Assembly: GCA_030637655.1 (NCBI GenBank)
Contig: DAOWGI010000030.1
Coordinates: forward strand, 1 to 19,697
Direction of reading: 5' to 3'
From: a candidate division FCPU426 bacterium
GTDB taxonomy: Bacteria > Oederibacteriota > JAAXVQ01 > JAUVAV01
DNA length: 19,697 nucleotides
A program made the position numbers and the translations under genes. Within the stretch, counting starts at the first letter, position 1. The number at the start of each line of letters is the position of its first letter. Positions 1-8,774 of this stretch are shown piece by piece. The notes beneath the pieces were generated by a model. It saw only the letters and a list, made by a program, of their open reading frames with translations, searched no databases and was not told where the DNA came from.

Positions 1-23
1 ATTGCATTTCTAAAATAACAGAG

Positions 24-61
24 AACAAAAAACCACAGGCTTACACCTGTGGTTTTTTGTT
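24..61 (-). terminator. Intrinsic terminator-like hairpin, potentially bidirectional, downstream of the small - strand gene
   Basis: Perfect 16-bp inverted repeat AACAAAAAACCACAGG-cttaca-CCTGTGGTTTTTTGTT. Both strands give a U-run after the GC-rich core. It overlaps the TAA stop at 60-62. Confidence 0.75.
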
Positions 62-242
62 AAAAAATTACATGCCTGGTAGTAACCAGTGTGTAGTAAT
101 GGTCGGTTTTACGCGCTACTCTCCGCAGTGTATTATCCAGCCGGTCAAGCCACTCGGCCACGAATTCAGGTAGGAGGTTGTGCTCAACGGCCCAGCACAG
201 CAACTGTTGTCGGTTTATGTGGTTGATGGTCCAGCAACTCAT
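60..242 (-). CDS. Small hypothetical protein (60 aa)
   Basis: On the - strand GGGAGG lies 9 nt before the ATG at 242, so the start was moved from the track's 275. The stop is followed directly by a terminator hairpin. No family recognised. Confidence 0.6.
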   Translation of the reverse strand: MSCWTINHINRQQLLCWAVEHNLLPEFVAEWLDRLDNTLRRVARKTDHYYTLVTTRHVIF

Positions 243-424
243 CGTGTTTTTCCTCCCACGGATAATGGACACCAAAACAAGTTATTGGGATTACATTTTT
301 ATATTATTCTTTGCCAATTTCGTAAGTGAAAGGGTAATAAAATTCTGTTGGTTTGTTCTCAATCACATACACTAACGAAGGCATTTGTGTTAAATTTATT
401 ATTCAGCATGTCATCCTTAATTAA

Positions 425-3382
425 ATGAGGAAAATTTTGAGAATTCTTGCTTTTGCTTTAAGCCTAATGTTTTGTCTGGTGGCTTCGTCTACTCAGGCGG
501 TAGACGATCCGCCCTCGCCGGCCTGGGGTGGTCAGAAGGTCAGGCGCACCTACAGCTCATCTGAAGAGACACAGAAAAAATTTGAAAAACAGATCATTGA
601 GCGGATGGAACAAGTTGAAGATGACGAAGAACTCGAGACCCAACCGTTGTGGGATGAAGGGGAGGCGGACCCGGATGAGGAGGAAATATCAGATATTGCT
701 CCCAAGCGAGCGTCTCCGGTTCGCAGTAGTGAGGTTAAAAAATACAGGTATGCGGTAAAGGAAAACAGCCTTCACGTAATTGAGAACAAACCGATCGTAC
801 GTCCCGAAAATTTTATGAATATTGAGCAAGAGATAGAGTTGGATACCCAGCCCTGGTATGATCCGGAAGAATTGAATCCGAGAAAAACAATCAAATTTCA
901 TTCAGTGAAAACCCGACTGGACCGCACCCGGGTTCATTTGGATGAGAGTTTTACTATGGTGGTGGAAGTGGTGGTTTCGGACCTCAGTCGCTTGTCTGCT
1001 TTCCGGCTTCCGCAAATGAAGGGTTTTAATTTAATCAATGAGTATCAGTCCGAAGCCACAACTATGGTTAATGGAAAAAACTGGTGGGTGCGGACCAAAC
1101 AGTATGTCTTTCTGGCAGACAAGCCCGGCAGGTATGCTTTGCCGGGAATTGTGATTTATTATGCCGGTAAACGCCAGACTACTAAAAAACTGCTTATTGA
1201 TGTTGAGGGCTCGCGCTCCGGCATCAGTTATACACGGCGGAAGCCGGGGGATGTCTACCAACAGGACGATTACATTCCCGGCGCTCCGGAAGTCGGTCGG
1301 GTAAGTAAAGAGAAGGTAGAGTTTTTTGCCGAAGTAATACCGGAACGGGTGTATGTCAACCAGCAGGCAATCTTAAAGGTGCGCTTGCAGTATACCAGCG
1401 GGCCTAACACCGGTATTTCATATCGGCCACCGCGTCTGACCGGGTTTTTAACCGAAGAATTACCGGAAGCAGGTATTGAAGAGCGCGTTTCCGGAGCAAA
1501 GCAGAGTTATATTGAGAAAGAATACCGCACAGTCCTATTTCCTGTTCGTCCTGGAAGGCTGGTTATTAATGTTGCCAAGGTAGTGATTACGCGCAACCGG
1601 AAAAATCAGACTTATATTACTGAGCCGCTTACTCTGGATGCGGCAGCCTTACCGGAAGATGGAAAAGCGCGCTCCGAGCAGCACCAGGGCAGCCTGGTGG
1701 GTCAATTCACTATGCAGGCGAAGGTCAGCGAGACTAAAACAGAGGTGGATCGTCCTGTGTACTTGGAAGTAGTACTTAAGGGCAAAGGCAATATTCGCGG
1801 AGCCGCGGACCCCTACCTACGGGCAGCAGAGCAGTACCGCATATATATTGAAGATAAAAAGGAGAAGGTCTATTTGGAGGAAGAGAGTATAGCCGGGGAG
1901 CGGATTTTTCGGTATTTAGTGGTTTTTGATAAACCCGGAAAAATACGGTTAGGCAGTGCCAGTATGCGCTTCTTTGATCCGGAGCAACAACGTTGGCAGG
2001 AGTGCTCAGCGCCTATTCCGGAAATAAAGGTGACTTCACGTAAGCATCAGATTGTACAAGTCAAAACCACAACTGTTTCTAAAAAAAATCTGAATTTGAG
2101 ACCCAATCACAGTGGCGCGGCGCTACTGAGTCGTGCTAAACCCTGGGCGGCTACTACACTCTCTTTTTGGATTCTGCAAGCCCTGGGCCCGGCGCTTATT
2201 GGTTTGGTCTTGTTGGGCAAACGTTGGCAGGCACAAGCAGTGAAAGACGCGGACGTCATACGCCTTCGGCGTGCCTACGCGACAGCCAAGAAATCATTAC
2301 GTCAAATACGCCGGTATATGCGCAAGCGTGAGGACAAGAATGTTTATGACGGTCTGGCCAATACCGCTTCGGATTATTTAGCTACTAAATTTGAAATTCC
2401 AAAGGTATATGTTGGAACAGAAAGCCTGCCGGACTATTTTGCACACTATGAAGTGCCGGCCAAACTGCAACAGCGCTGGAAAGCCGCCTTAACAGCTTGT
2501 GAGTATGTTCGTTATGCAGCAGTCGTGCTGCCGGGCAAGGATATCTGGAGTCTCTATCAGGATGTAAAAACCGCTATCCAGGATTTTGAAAAATTTTGGG
2601 TACAGCGGAATCGCAATAAAGCCAAGCAGCAAAAAACCATGGCCATGGTGGCAGGACTGCTTTTGCTGGCTACAGCCGCGCAGGCCGGTGATGCAGAAGT
2701 GCATTTTTGGCGAGGGAACGCGCAGGCGGAAAAAGGTGACCACCAAGCTGCGGAAGCGGAATATCGGAAAGTGCTCTCGTATAAAGTTGTTGATTCGAAC
2801 CTCTATTATAATTTAGGCAACACCTATTTGCAACAAGGTAAGTTGGGACCGGCTGTTTTAACCTATTGGAGGGGATTACGCTTATCGCCGCGTGATCCGG
2901 ATCTGCATTACAATCTAAAGCAAGCACAGGAACTGGTCGAGCAAAAACGTACTTCCATTATGCTCTCCAAAAGGGATAATATTTTAATAATGATGTATCA
3001 GGCACTTACACCCAACGAGATCATGGCTTTGGCGGTTCTTTGCTATTTTGTTGCAATAACCCTGATAATCCTGATACTATTATGGCCGTCCGGATTTAAG
3101 CGCCGGCGGCCCATACTCTGGATGTCCATCGGACTAATGCTGATTATGGGTCTGTGGAGCGGCTTGCGAGAGTATGAATCGCTCTGGCACAAACAGGCCA
3201 TTGTAATGATTGAGAAGGCGGAAATCTACAACCGGCCCTATGCCCATGCGGAGATTTTGCACAACCTGCCGGAAGGCACGCGCGTGTCCGTCCAGCGTGA
3301 GGAAGAAGCCTGGGTCGAAGTGAGCAGCCAACCCGGACAGCGTGGTTGGATTAAGCGCAGTACGCTGGGCTTTATTGACTAG
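425..3382 (+). CDS. BatD-BatE fusion: signal peptide, acidic extension, BatD-type beta domains, TM, TPRs, two TMs, C-terminal bacterial SH3
   Basis: N-terminal signal peptide (..ASSTQA). BatD-like motifs VYVNQQAIL, LFPVRPGRLVI, VGQFTM, GKGNI, FFDPEQQRW. TPR motifs YYNLGNTY..G and LSPRDPDLHYNL. SH3-like end LPEGTRVSV..WVEV..GQRGWI as in BatE. Confidence 0.85.
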   Translation: MRKILRILAFALSLMFCLVASSTQAVDDPPSPAWGGQKVRRTYSSSEETQKKFEKQIIERMEQVEDDEELETQPLWDEGEADPDEEEISDIAPKRASPVRSSEVKKYRYAVKENSLHVIENKPIVRPENFMNIEQEIELDTQPWYDPEELNPRKTIKFHSVKTRLDRTRVHLDESFTMVVEVVVSDLSRLSAFRLPQMKGFNLINEYQSEATTMVNGKNWWVRTKQYVFLADKPGRYALPGIVIYYAGKRQTTKKLLIDVEGSRSGISYTRRKPGDVYQQDDYIPGAPEVGRVSKEKVEFFAEVIPERVYVNQQAILKVRLQYTSGPNTGISYRPPRLTGFLTEELPEAGIEERVSGAKQSYIEKEYRTVLFPVRPGRLVINVAKVVITRNRKNQTYITEPLTLDAAALPEDGKARSEQHQGSLVGQFTMQAKVSETKTEVDRPVYLEVVLKGKGNIRGAADPYLRAAEQYRIYIEDKKEKVYLEEESIAGERIFRYLVVFDKPGKIRLGSASMRFFDPEQQRWQECSAPIPEIKVTSRKHQIVQVKTTTVSKKNLNLRPNHSGAALLSRAKPWAATTLSFWILQALGPALIGLVLLGKRWQAQAVKDADVIRLRRAYATAKKSLRQIRRYMRKREDKNVYDGLANTASDYLATKFEIPKVYVGTESLPDYFAHYEVPAKLQQRWKAALTACEYVRYAAVVLPGKDIWSLYQDVKTAIQDFEKFWVQRNRNKAKQQKTMAMVAGLLLLATAAQAGDAEVHFWRGNAQAEKGDHQAAEAEYRKVLSYKVVDSNLYYNLGNTYLQQGKLGPAVLTYWRGLRLSPRDPDLHYNLKQAQELVEQKRTSIMLSKRDNILIMMYQALTPNEIMALAVLCYFVAITLIILILLWPSGFKRRRPILWMSIGLMLIMGLWSGLREYESLWHKQAIVMIEKAEIYNRPYAHAEILHNLPEGTRVSVQREEEAWVEVSSQPGQRGWIKRSTLGFID

Positions 3383-3391
3383 GAGGAAGGC

Positions 3392-3916
3392 ATGAGAAAA
3401 GATATACAGGAAAACGCCATAATGCAAGTGGCTGAGCGCATGATTTTGGCAGCCACCACAGCACCCAAAGGACGGGGACAGGACAATTTAGAGATGGCGA
3501 TTTTGGAACGGCCGGATATTGAGGAACTGGCCCAAGAGATGGAACGCATAGGCCAAGAGCACGAGGCGCCGGTTTTTCTGCGCGATGCCGGTAACCTTAA
3601 AGAACATGTACATTTGGCTGTGCTGATCGGCACTAAAATTGAAACATTAAATCTAAAATACTGTGGCTTGTGTGGATACGCCAACTGTACTGCCAACCGC
3701 GAAGCCCAGGGTATTTGTGTTTTTAATACCGGCGATCTGGGCATCGCTGTGGGCTCAGCCGTAGCCATGGCAGCCCGTTGTCATGCGGACAACCGGGTGC
3801 TGTATACTCTGGGCAGGGCCGCGCTGTCGCTTAAGACGCTGGGTCCGGAAGTGAAAATTGCCTATGGCATCCCTTTAACCGCGACAGGTAAAAACCCCTT
3901 TTTTGACCGAAAGTAA
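3392..3916 (+). CDS. DUF2148 / COG4739-type ferredoxin-domain-containing protein
   Basis: Motifs TAPKGRGQD, CGLCGYANC (CxxCxxxC), DLGIAVGSA, DNRVLYTLG, GKNPFFDR. AGGAGG lies just upstream; 9 bp after the previous stop. Confidence 0.85.
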   Translation: MRKDIQENAIMQVAERMILAATTAPKGRGQDNLEMAILERPDIEELAQEMERIGQEHEAPVFLRDAGNLKEHVHLAVLIGTKIETLNLKYCGLCGYANCTANREAQGICVFNTGDLGIAVGSAVAMAARCHADNRVLYTLGRAALSLKTLGPEVKIAYGIPLTATGKNPFFDRK

Positions 3917-3955
3917 GTAAATAAATACTGCATAGCAGATAGAAGGAAAGAGCAT

Positions 3956-4669
3956 ATGAATTATATTATGGTTGTTTTTATAATTGGACTACTTATTCTA
4001 GTACATGAGCTCGGTCATTTTCTGGCCGGTAGGGCTATGAAGATTCCAATTGCTGTTTTTTCCATAGGATTTGGGCCTAAAATTGCGGCCTGGAAATATC
4101 AGGAGACAGAGTTTCGTATCTCCTGGATACCCTTGGGTGGCTACGTCCTGCCGGCGCTCGAATCAGAAGAAGTGTATTTTAAAATTCCTATCCGGAAGCG
4201 CTTAATCTTTTCGTTGGGAGGGCCTGTGGCTAACATCCTGTTGCCAATACTACTGTTTGCCATTTTTAATTGTTTGCAAAACGGTATCACCTGGGCCGGT
4301 CTTTTTATTCAACCATGGGCGCAAACCCTGCAACATAGCCTAAAGATTATATTGACCATCCCAATACTCTTTTCGCATCCGGAGCAATTGAGCGGCGTGG
4401 TAGGGATTGTCAATCAGGGAGCAATCTTTATTGCTGCCAATGCCAGTAAAAGCCTTTTGTTTATCATTATAATTAGTTTGAATTTAGCTGTGCTTAATCT
4501 ACTCCCCATTCCCGGACTCGATGGCGGAAAAATATTTCTCTCATTTCTGGAAAGAATTCATCCCCGCATGCTCCGCTGGCAGATTCCCATTACCTTGACA
4601 GGTTTAGTTCTTTTATTTGGGCTGATTATTTATATTACGGTTTTGGATATTCAGAAATTTTTTATTTGA
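3956..4669 (+). CDS. Site-2 protease, peptidase M50 (RseP-like, no PDZ domain)
   Basis: HELGH zinc motif in TM1, FSIGFGP, PLGGYV, GPVAN, NLLPIPGLDGG. At 237 aa there is no room for a PDZ domain. Confidence 0.9.
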   Translation: MNYIMVVFIIGLLILVHELGHFLAGRAMKIPIAVFSIGFGPKIAAWKYQETEFRISWIPLGGYVLPALESEEVYFKIPIRKRLIFSLGGPVANILLPILLFAIFNCLQNGITWAGLFIQPWAQTLQHSLKIILTIPILFSHPEQLSGVVGIVNQGAIFIAANASKSLLFIIIISLNLAVLNLLPIPGLDGGKIFLSFLERIHPRMLRWQIPITLTGLVLLFGLIIYITVLDIQKFFI

Positions 4670-5263
4670 AAAAACACCACAACACCCAAAAAAGGGTGAA
4701 AAGTAAAAACTGAAAAAGAGTGGGAGATAGACCTCGTAGCAATAAAAAAGGGACATGATTGGTAACCTATACAGGAGATGTTTTGGAATTATGCTTCGGC
4801 CAGATAAGGCAGAAGATGCGTGGAGCCAAAATCATTAATTATGTTACCCCAATAAGAATAACCAAGAGCGATTACAACTGAATAAGAAATTATAAAAATC
4901 AGGATATTTTTAAGTGTAACACACGGCTTTTCATACTAACAATATCATTGTTTTATAGGCATTATCAACAAGGAGCAATGTGCATACTAATTAAATTAGT
5001 GAAAAAAACAAAAAAAGTGAGCGCTGGAGAGCGACAAAACAAATTAAATACAGAGACAAGCAGATCAATTTACCAGCTTCTGATTTGAGTTTTTCCGAAA
5101 AAAACTTGATCATTGAAGCGTTTCATACGATTCTATTACAGAGCACATAGAATTATTATCCCAGGAAAGAACAAGGAGCTCAATCAGCGCTTATTGTCAT
5201 AAAAACGAAGAGTTGGAAATAAAGGTTACTTTTCAAACCAGAGAGAAATGAGGGTTAACTATT

Positions 5264-5626
5264 ATGCTTGACGTCGGAACTATACACCAAGGCAACATTA
5301 CCCTGCAGGCCAGAGACGAAACCATTACATTGACCGGGAGCATTGATATGGTCAGCGCGGATGAGTTTTTGCGATCCTTTTTTGATACCACCACACATAA
5401 TATTTTAAAGCATAAACTAAAGGCAGTGAAAGTAGATGTGAAAAACCTGACGTATATTAATTCTTCGGGAATTAAGGAGCTTGCAGCGTGGATACTACGC
5501 TTAAAAGAATTAGCTGACGAACAAAAATTTAAAATCATTTTTCAATGCGATTTATCCCTGGAGTGGCAGGAAAGAACCTTTAAGGTTATGGTCTGGCTGA
5601 ATGAGTGCGTGAGCATAGAAACATGA
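5264..5626 (+). CDS. STAS-like anti-anti-sigma-type protein (Slr1659/SiaC-like), paralog 1
   Basis: VKVDVKNLTYINSSGIKE resembles the STAS phosphoacceptor loop (SpoIIAA F-M-D-S-S-G). C-terminal FQC..WQ. Collinear with 5664..6029 and 9299..9667. Confidence 0.8.
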   Translation: MLDVGTIHQGNITLQARDETITLTGSIDMVSADEFLRSFFDTTTHNILKHKLKAVKVDVKNLTYINSSGIKELAAWILRLKELADEQKFKIIFQCDLSLEWQERTFKVMVWLNECVSIET

Positions 5627-5663
5627 GCAACAGTAGCTGTGATGTAAAACAAAAAGAGGGCTC

Positions 5664-6029
5664 ATGTTAACAATTCCGGCAGTAAAACACGGCGACTTTG
5701 TTATCAAAGCTTTTAAAAATATTGTTGAGATATCCGGTAACATCGATACCCTGACAGTAGAGCATTGCCTCAAAGCATTTTTTGAACAAGCTAACACCAT
5801 GATTTTGTTGCAAAACATCAAAGCCGTCCGGGTGGATGTTAAAAAAGTCGCTTTTATTAATTCGAAAGGGATAAAAGAATTTGCCACCTGGGTACTCAAG
5901 CAAAAAGAAACTCCAACAGATAAAAAATACACCATCACCTTTCAATGCAATCCGGATGTTGAATGGCAAAAATTAAATTTTAGTGTTTTGAAACATTTGA
6001 ATCCGGATTATGTCCAAATTGAAAACTAG
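5664..6029 (+). CDS. STAS-like protein (Slr1659/SiaC-like), paralog 2
   Basis: VRVDVKKVAFINSKGIKE and FQCNPDVEWQ; AGAGGG upstream; tandem with paralog 1. Confidence 0.8.
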   Translation: MLTIPAVKHGDFVIKAFKNIVEISGNIDTLTVEHCLKAFFEQANTMILLQNIKAVRVDVKKVAFINSKGIKEFATWVLKQKETPTDKKYTITFQCNPDVEWQKLNFSVLKHLNPDYVQIEN

Positions 6030-6237
6030 GAGCTTGAGCAATTAGTCTGTTTTTTGGTAACAGGTCAGTCACGAGCAGTTAAACAAAGGTTGTCATTCCC
6101 GAGGATTTAATCGGCCCTGACCGGAAAAGATATATAGGGACGCCTTCGGCAGGAATCTGGTTTTTTAAACCATATCCCCGATAAGAGCATTCGGGGATGA
6201 CAACATAAAAAAACAGACTAAAAGCTCAGGCTCCTAG
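6026..6237. mobile_element. MITE-like element with 30-bp imperfect terminal inverted repeats bounded by CTAG
   Basis: 6026-6055 CTAGGAGCTTGAGCAATTAGTCTGTTTTTT matches the reverse complement of 6208-6237 at 27/30. CTAG at both outer ends; no coding capacity. Confidence 0.6.
6089..6204. repeat. GTCATTCCCG...CGGGGATGAC double-hairpin palindromic repeat, interrupted by a small insert
   Basis: Ends GTTGTCATTCCCGA and TCGGGGATGACAAC. The second hairpin ATCCCCGA-TAAGAGCAT-TCGGGGAT is intact. The first hairpin is restored if 6115-6152 is removed. Confidence 0.65.
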
Positions 6238-6819
6238 AATTAGTTATAGAGCGGAGCATTTGCGCTGATAAGTATAAATGAGAAAAGCGGAGTATGTCAG
6301 GACTCCAGGAGCAGTGAAAACCGCGAGGATCTAAAAAGAGAGAGAGAGGAAAAACCAATTTTTAGCAGATAGATATACCGAAAGGAATAAAAAATTAAAA
6401 AAAACCAACAAAAACACCTTTTAGGTTATTCGTACAAGTATAACGCTTGAGAAAAACGGACAGAATAATTTTTTATAAATAAGCCGTTTCTACAGGTGCA
6501 ACACATACTTTTACGACCCACAAAAAACTTTTAAAATCCAATGTTTTCCATAAGGAACGATGTTTACACGAAAAAAAACCACATAAAAAAACCGATGCCG
6601 ACTTTATAAGGAAAAAACATAAAAATACACGTTGAGAATATTTTAAAAAAGAGGAATGAAAAAAAATAAAAACAGGAAAAAATCCCATGCATTTGGAATA
6701 AAAAGAAGTTAAAAACAATTCAGAAAAACAGCAGTTGCAACTAAAGAGCAGAGTAAACGCGGGCAAGCGACAGAGTACGGCAAGAAAGGAGGCAATTAGA
6801 GAGAATGGAATAAGACCGA

Positions 6820-7560
6820 TCAGGTACTCAGTTCATCCAAAAATTTACGGAAAGCACCCAAAGCATAAAACAGCCCAATCAGGCAGATAATAATTCCAAA
6901 GGCTAGGAAGAAGAAATTGCCTGATAATACTCCAGGTTCCAATACAGCGTTACGGGGATTGTTGGGATTGTAATAAGCTCGAAGCTGCTTATGGATTGGG
7001 TATTCGCTCAACAAGCGCTGTGTATCTTCGCGCTTTTGTTCACCCAAAGCAATCTGATTAGAGGTAAAAGTTGCTCTGCCAACAGCGTAAGTATACTCGA
7101 TAATAGCCACTTCAGACGTTATTATTTGCCGGTTGTTGCCTTCGTGTCCCATAGAGGTGTGTTGCTGGGTTGCTGACTTGGTTATGGAAGCAGGCGCCGA
7201 AGGCCAGTTGACACTGGCTTTGGTTTTTTGAAAACTTTGAATACCAAATAACAGAAATCCGAGTCCGGCGATAATTATTCCCAACCCGCCCAAGGCACGT
7301 AACCAGGAGCGTATATTTTGCGCTAATCCGTACGCTAATCCGGCTGCGCCGAATCCGAGAAAAATCAAGGCTGTGTTTAGATTGCCAAAGAATAATACGA
7401 GCAAGCCAATGAAAATACCGAACCCGCCGGCAATCCGAAGAGTCCAACTTTTAAAGGTCGTAGCAGCACTACCGACAGTTTGCGCTGCTTGCCTGGTAGC
7501 GGCAATCGCAGCCGTACGCTGTGCCTCTTCGCTCAAGTTATTATCATTCAGGTCTGGCAT
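6820..7560 (-). CDS. DUF3592-like membrane protein
   Basis: Three N-terminal and one C-terminal hydrophobic helices around WPSAPASITKS..IEYTYAVG..YYNPNNPRNAVL. GGAGG upstream on the - strand. Confidence 0.75.
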   Translation of the reverse strand: MPDLNDNNLSEEAQRTAAIAATRQAAQTVGSAATTFKSWTLRIAGGFGIFIGLLVLFFGNLNTALIFLGFGAAGLAYGLAQNIRSWLRALGGLGIIIAGLGFLLFGIQSFQKTKASVNWPSAPASITKSATQQHTSMGHEGNNRQIITSEVAIIEYTYAVGRATFTSNQIALGEQKREDTQRLLSEYPIHKQLRAYYNPNNPRNAVLEPGVLSGNFFFLAFGIIICLIGLFYALGAFRKFLDELST

Positions 7561-7849
7561 GAGTTTGTCCTCCCTGGGTTGATTTCGTTGCCTACCTGTA
7601 TTGTGAAGAATTGTGAAAAAAATGCAAGCAAAACCGCAACGTTGAAAGCCTCCCCGGAGGGGCGCTACAAGCCAGAGCCGAGCAGGAAAAGAGGCTTCTT
7701 CGCGCCTCTGCGTGTACGAATATTTTTAATTTTTAACCGCAAAAGGGTTTCTCTACGACCCGGCGGCAAAATTTAAGTAAAAAGACATTGCTTTTCTAAA
7801 TGGAGGGGGGGAAAATAGTTATATCAAAGATGAAAAGGAGACTGTGGTC

Positions 7850-8422
7850 ATGAAACGATCACTCGGAGCACAAACCCTATTGTATCCTACTCCAGTTTTA
7901 GTAATAGGAACCTATTCTCAAGATGGAAAACCCAATGCCATGACAGTGGCTTGGGGAGGCATATGTAGTTCTGATCCGCCGTCAGTTGCCATTTCTGTTC
8001 GCCCGGCACGACTTACTTATGAAAACATAAGGGCGCGCAAGGCGTTTACGGTTAATATTCCTTCCGTCACGTATGCCAATGAAGCTGATTTTTTCGGTGT
8101 CGCACCCGGCCGGAATAAAGATAAATTTGCCGCTACCGGCCTGATACCAGTAAAAAGCGAGTTGGTGGATGCGCCGTACATTCAGGAATTTCCGTTAATT
8201 TTGGAGTGTTCGTTGCTGCACACGTTTGACCTGGGCGCGCACACCCAATTTGTTGGTGAAATACTGGATGTGAAAGCAGAAGACAAAGTTTTGAATCATC
8301 AAGGGCATCCGGACGTAGCGCTGGTCAATCCCTTTGTTTATTGTCCGGACAATAACATGAATTATCACAGTATCGGAAAAATCATTGGCCGATCTTTTTC
8401 CATGGGACAAAGCATTAAATAA
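7850..8422 (+). CDS. flr: Flavoredoxin / flavin reductase-like FMN-binding protein
   Basis: MKRSLGAQTLLYPTPVLVIGTY, NAMTVAWGGICSSDPP, AFTVNIPS, DKF, VDAPYIQEFP and HTQFVGEILDVK match Desulfovibrio flavoredoxin-type proteins. ATG 7850 is preferred over GTG 7844 on AGGAG spacing. Confidence 0.85.
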   Translation: MKRSLGAQTLLYPTPVLVIGTYSQDGKPNAMTVAWGGICSSDPPSVAISVRPARLTYENIRARKAFTVNIPSVTYANEADFFGVAPGRNKDKFAATGLIPVKSELVDAPYIQEFPLILECSLLHTFDLGAHTQFVGEILDVKAEDKVLNHQGHPDVALVNPFVYCPDNNMNYHSIGKIIGRSFSMGQSIK

Positions 8423-8663
8423 ACATTCAATCTTTTGGAAAACAAGACGTTGTGCGGATCACAGTGTTGGAAACAATTGACCTGTAAAAGCTTCTTCATT
8501 ATTTTACTGCTAAAGATAGGGTTTTTTTCTGACGTAGCTCCTTAGGACTTCGATGTTCTAAAAGGAAAACTATGATAAAAAATCGGTGTTTTAATTTCAG
8601 AATCCAGCTCTTTTCCTGGGAACCGGAACACCCGGAAGCATGGCACAATTTCAATATATCAAA

Positions 8664-8693
8664 GGAAACCCCGAACTAAAGTCCGGAGTTTCC
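8664..8693. repeat. REP-like hairpin with TAAA loop
   Basis: GGAAACCCCGAAC-TAAA-GTCCGGAGTTTCC, 11/13 paired. Confidence 0.5.
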
Positions 8694-8697
8694 GCAG

Positions 8698-8734
8698 CCT
8701 CTCTACCCTTAGGGAGAGGGATAAAGGGTGAGGG
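8698..8734. repeat. CCTCTC..GGGAGAGGG..AGGGTGAGGG-type palindromic repeat
   Basis: CCTCTCTACCCTTAGGGAGAGGGATAAAGGGTGAGGG has the layout of the widespread CCCTCACCC/CCCTCTCCC-GGGAGAGGG intergenic repeat. Confidence 0.55.
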
Positions 8735-8740
8735 TTACCT

Positions 8741-8774
8741 GAAGACTCCGCACTTCAGTGCGGGGATGATTTAT
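8741..8774. repeat. IS200/IS605-end-like hairpin (solo end)
   Basis: GAAGA-CTCCGCAC-TTCA-GTGCGGGG-ATGATTTAT resembles IS605-type subterminal hairpins. No tnpA, tnpB or iscB adjacent. Confidence 0.45.

Noticed and set aside
178-375. 65-aa + strand ORF
   Set aside because: Overlaps the better-supported - strand gene, has no SD and runs through AT-rich intergenic DNA.
528-3768. Short alternative-frame and antisense ORFs inside batDE and the DUF2148 gene
   Set aside because: Shadow ORFs within well-supported genes, with no motifs.
4690-4770. GAAAAAGAGTGGGAGATAGACCTC loosely resembling a c-di-GMP-I riboswitch
   Set aside because: No GCAAAC or GACGCAAA core and no pairing stems.
4978-5088. 36-codon ORF after AAGGAG
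   Set aside because: SD is too close to the ATG and the sequence is low-complexity A-rich.
5233-5969. Antisense ORFs over the STAS-like genes
   Set aside because: The + strand frames are supported by three-way paralogy.
6473-6766. 97-aa Phe-rich - strand ORF
   Set aside because: By-product of poly-A tracts read as poly-T; no SD and no motif.
7480-7776. 98-aa ORF and a possible structured RNA (AAGCCTC..GAGGCTT, about 7646-7697)
   Set aside because: The ORF overlaps the start of the DUF3592-like gene. The stem is only 7 bp and matches no riboswitch consensus I recognise.
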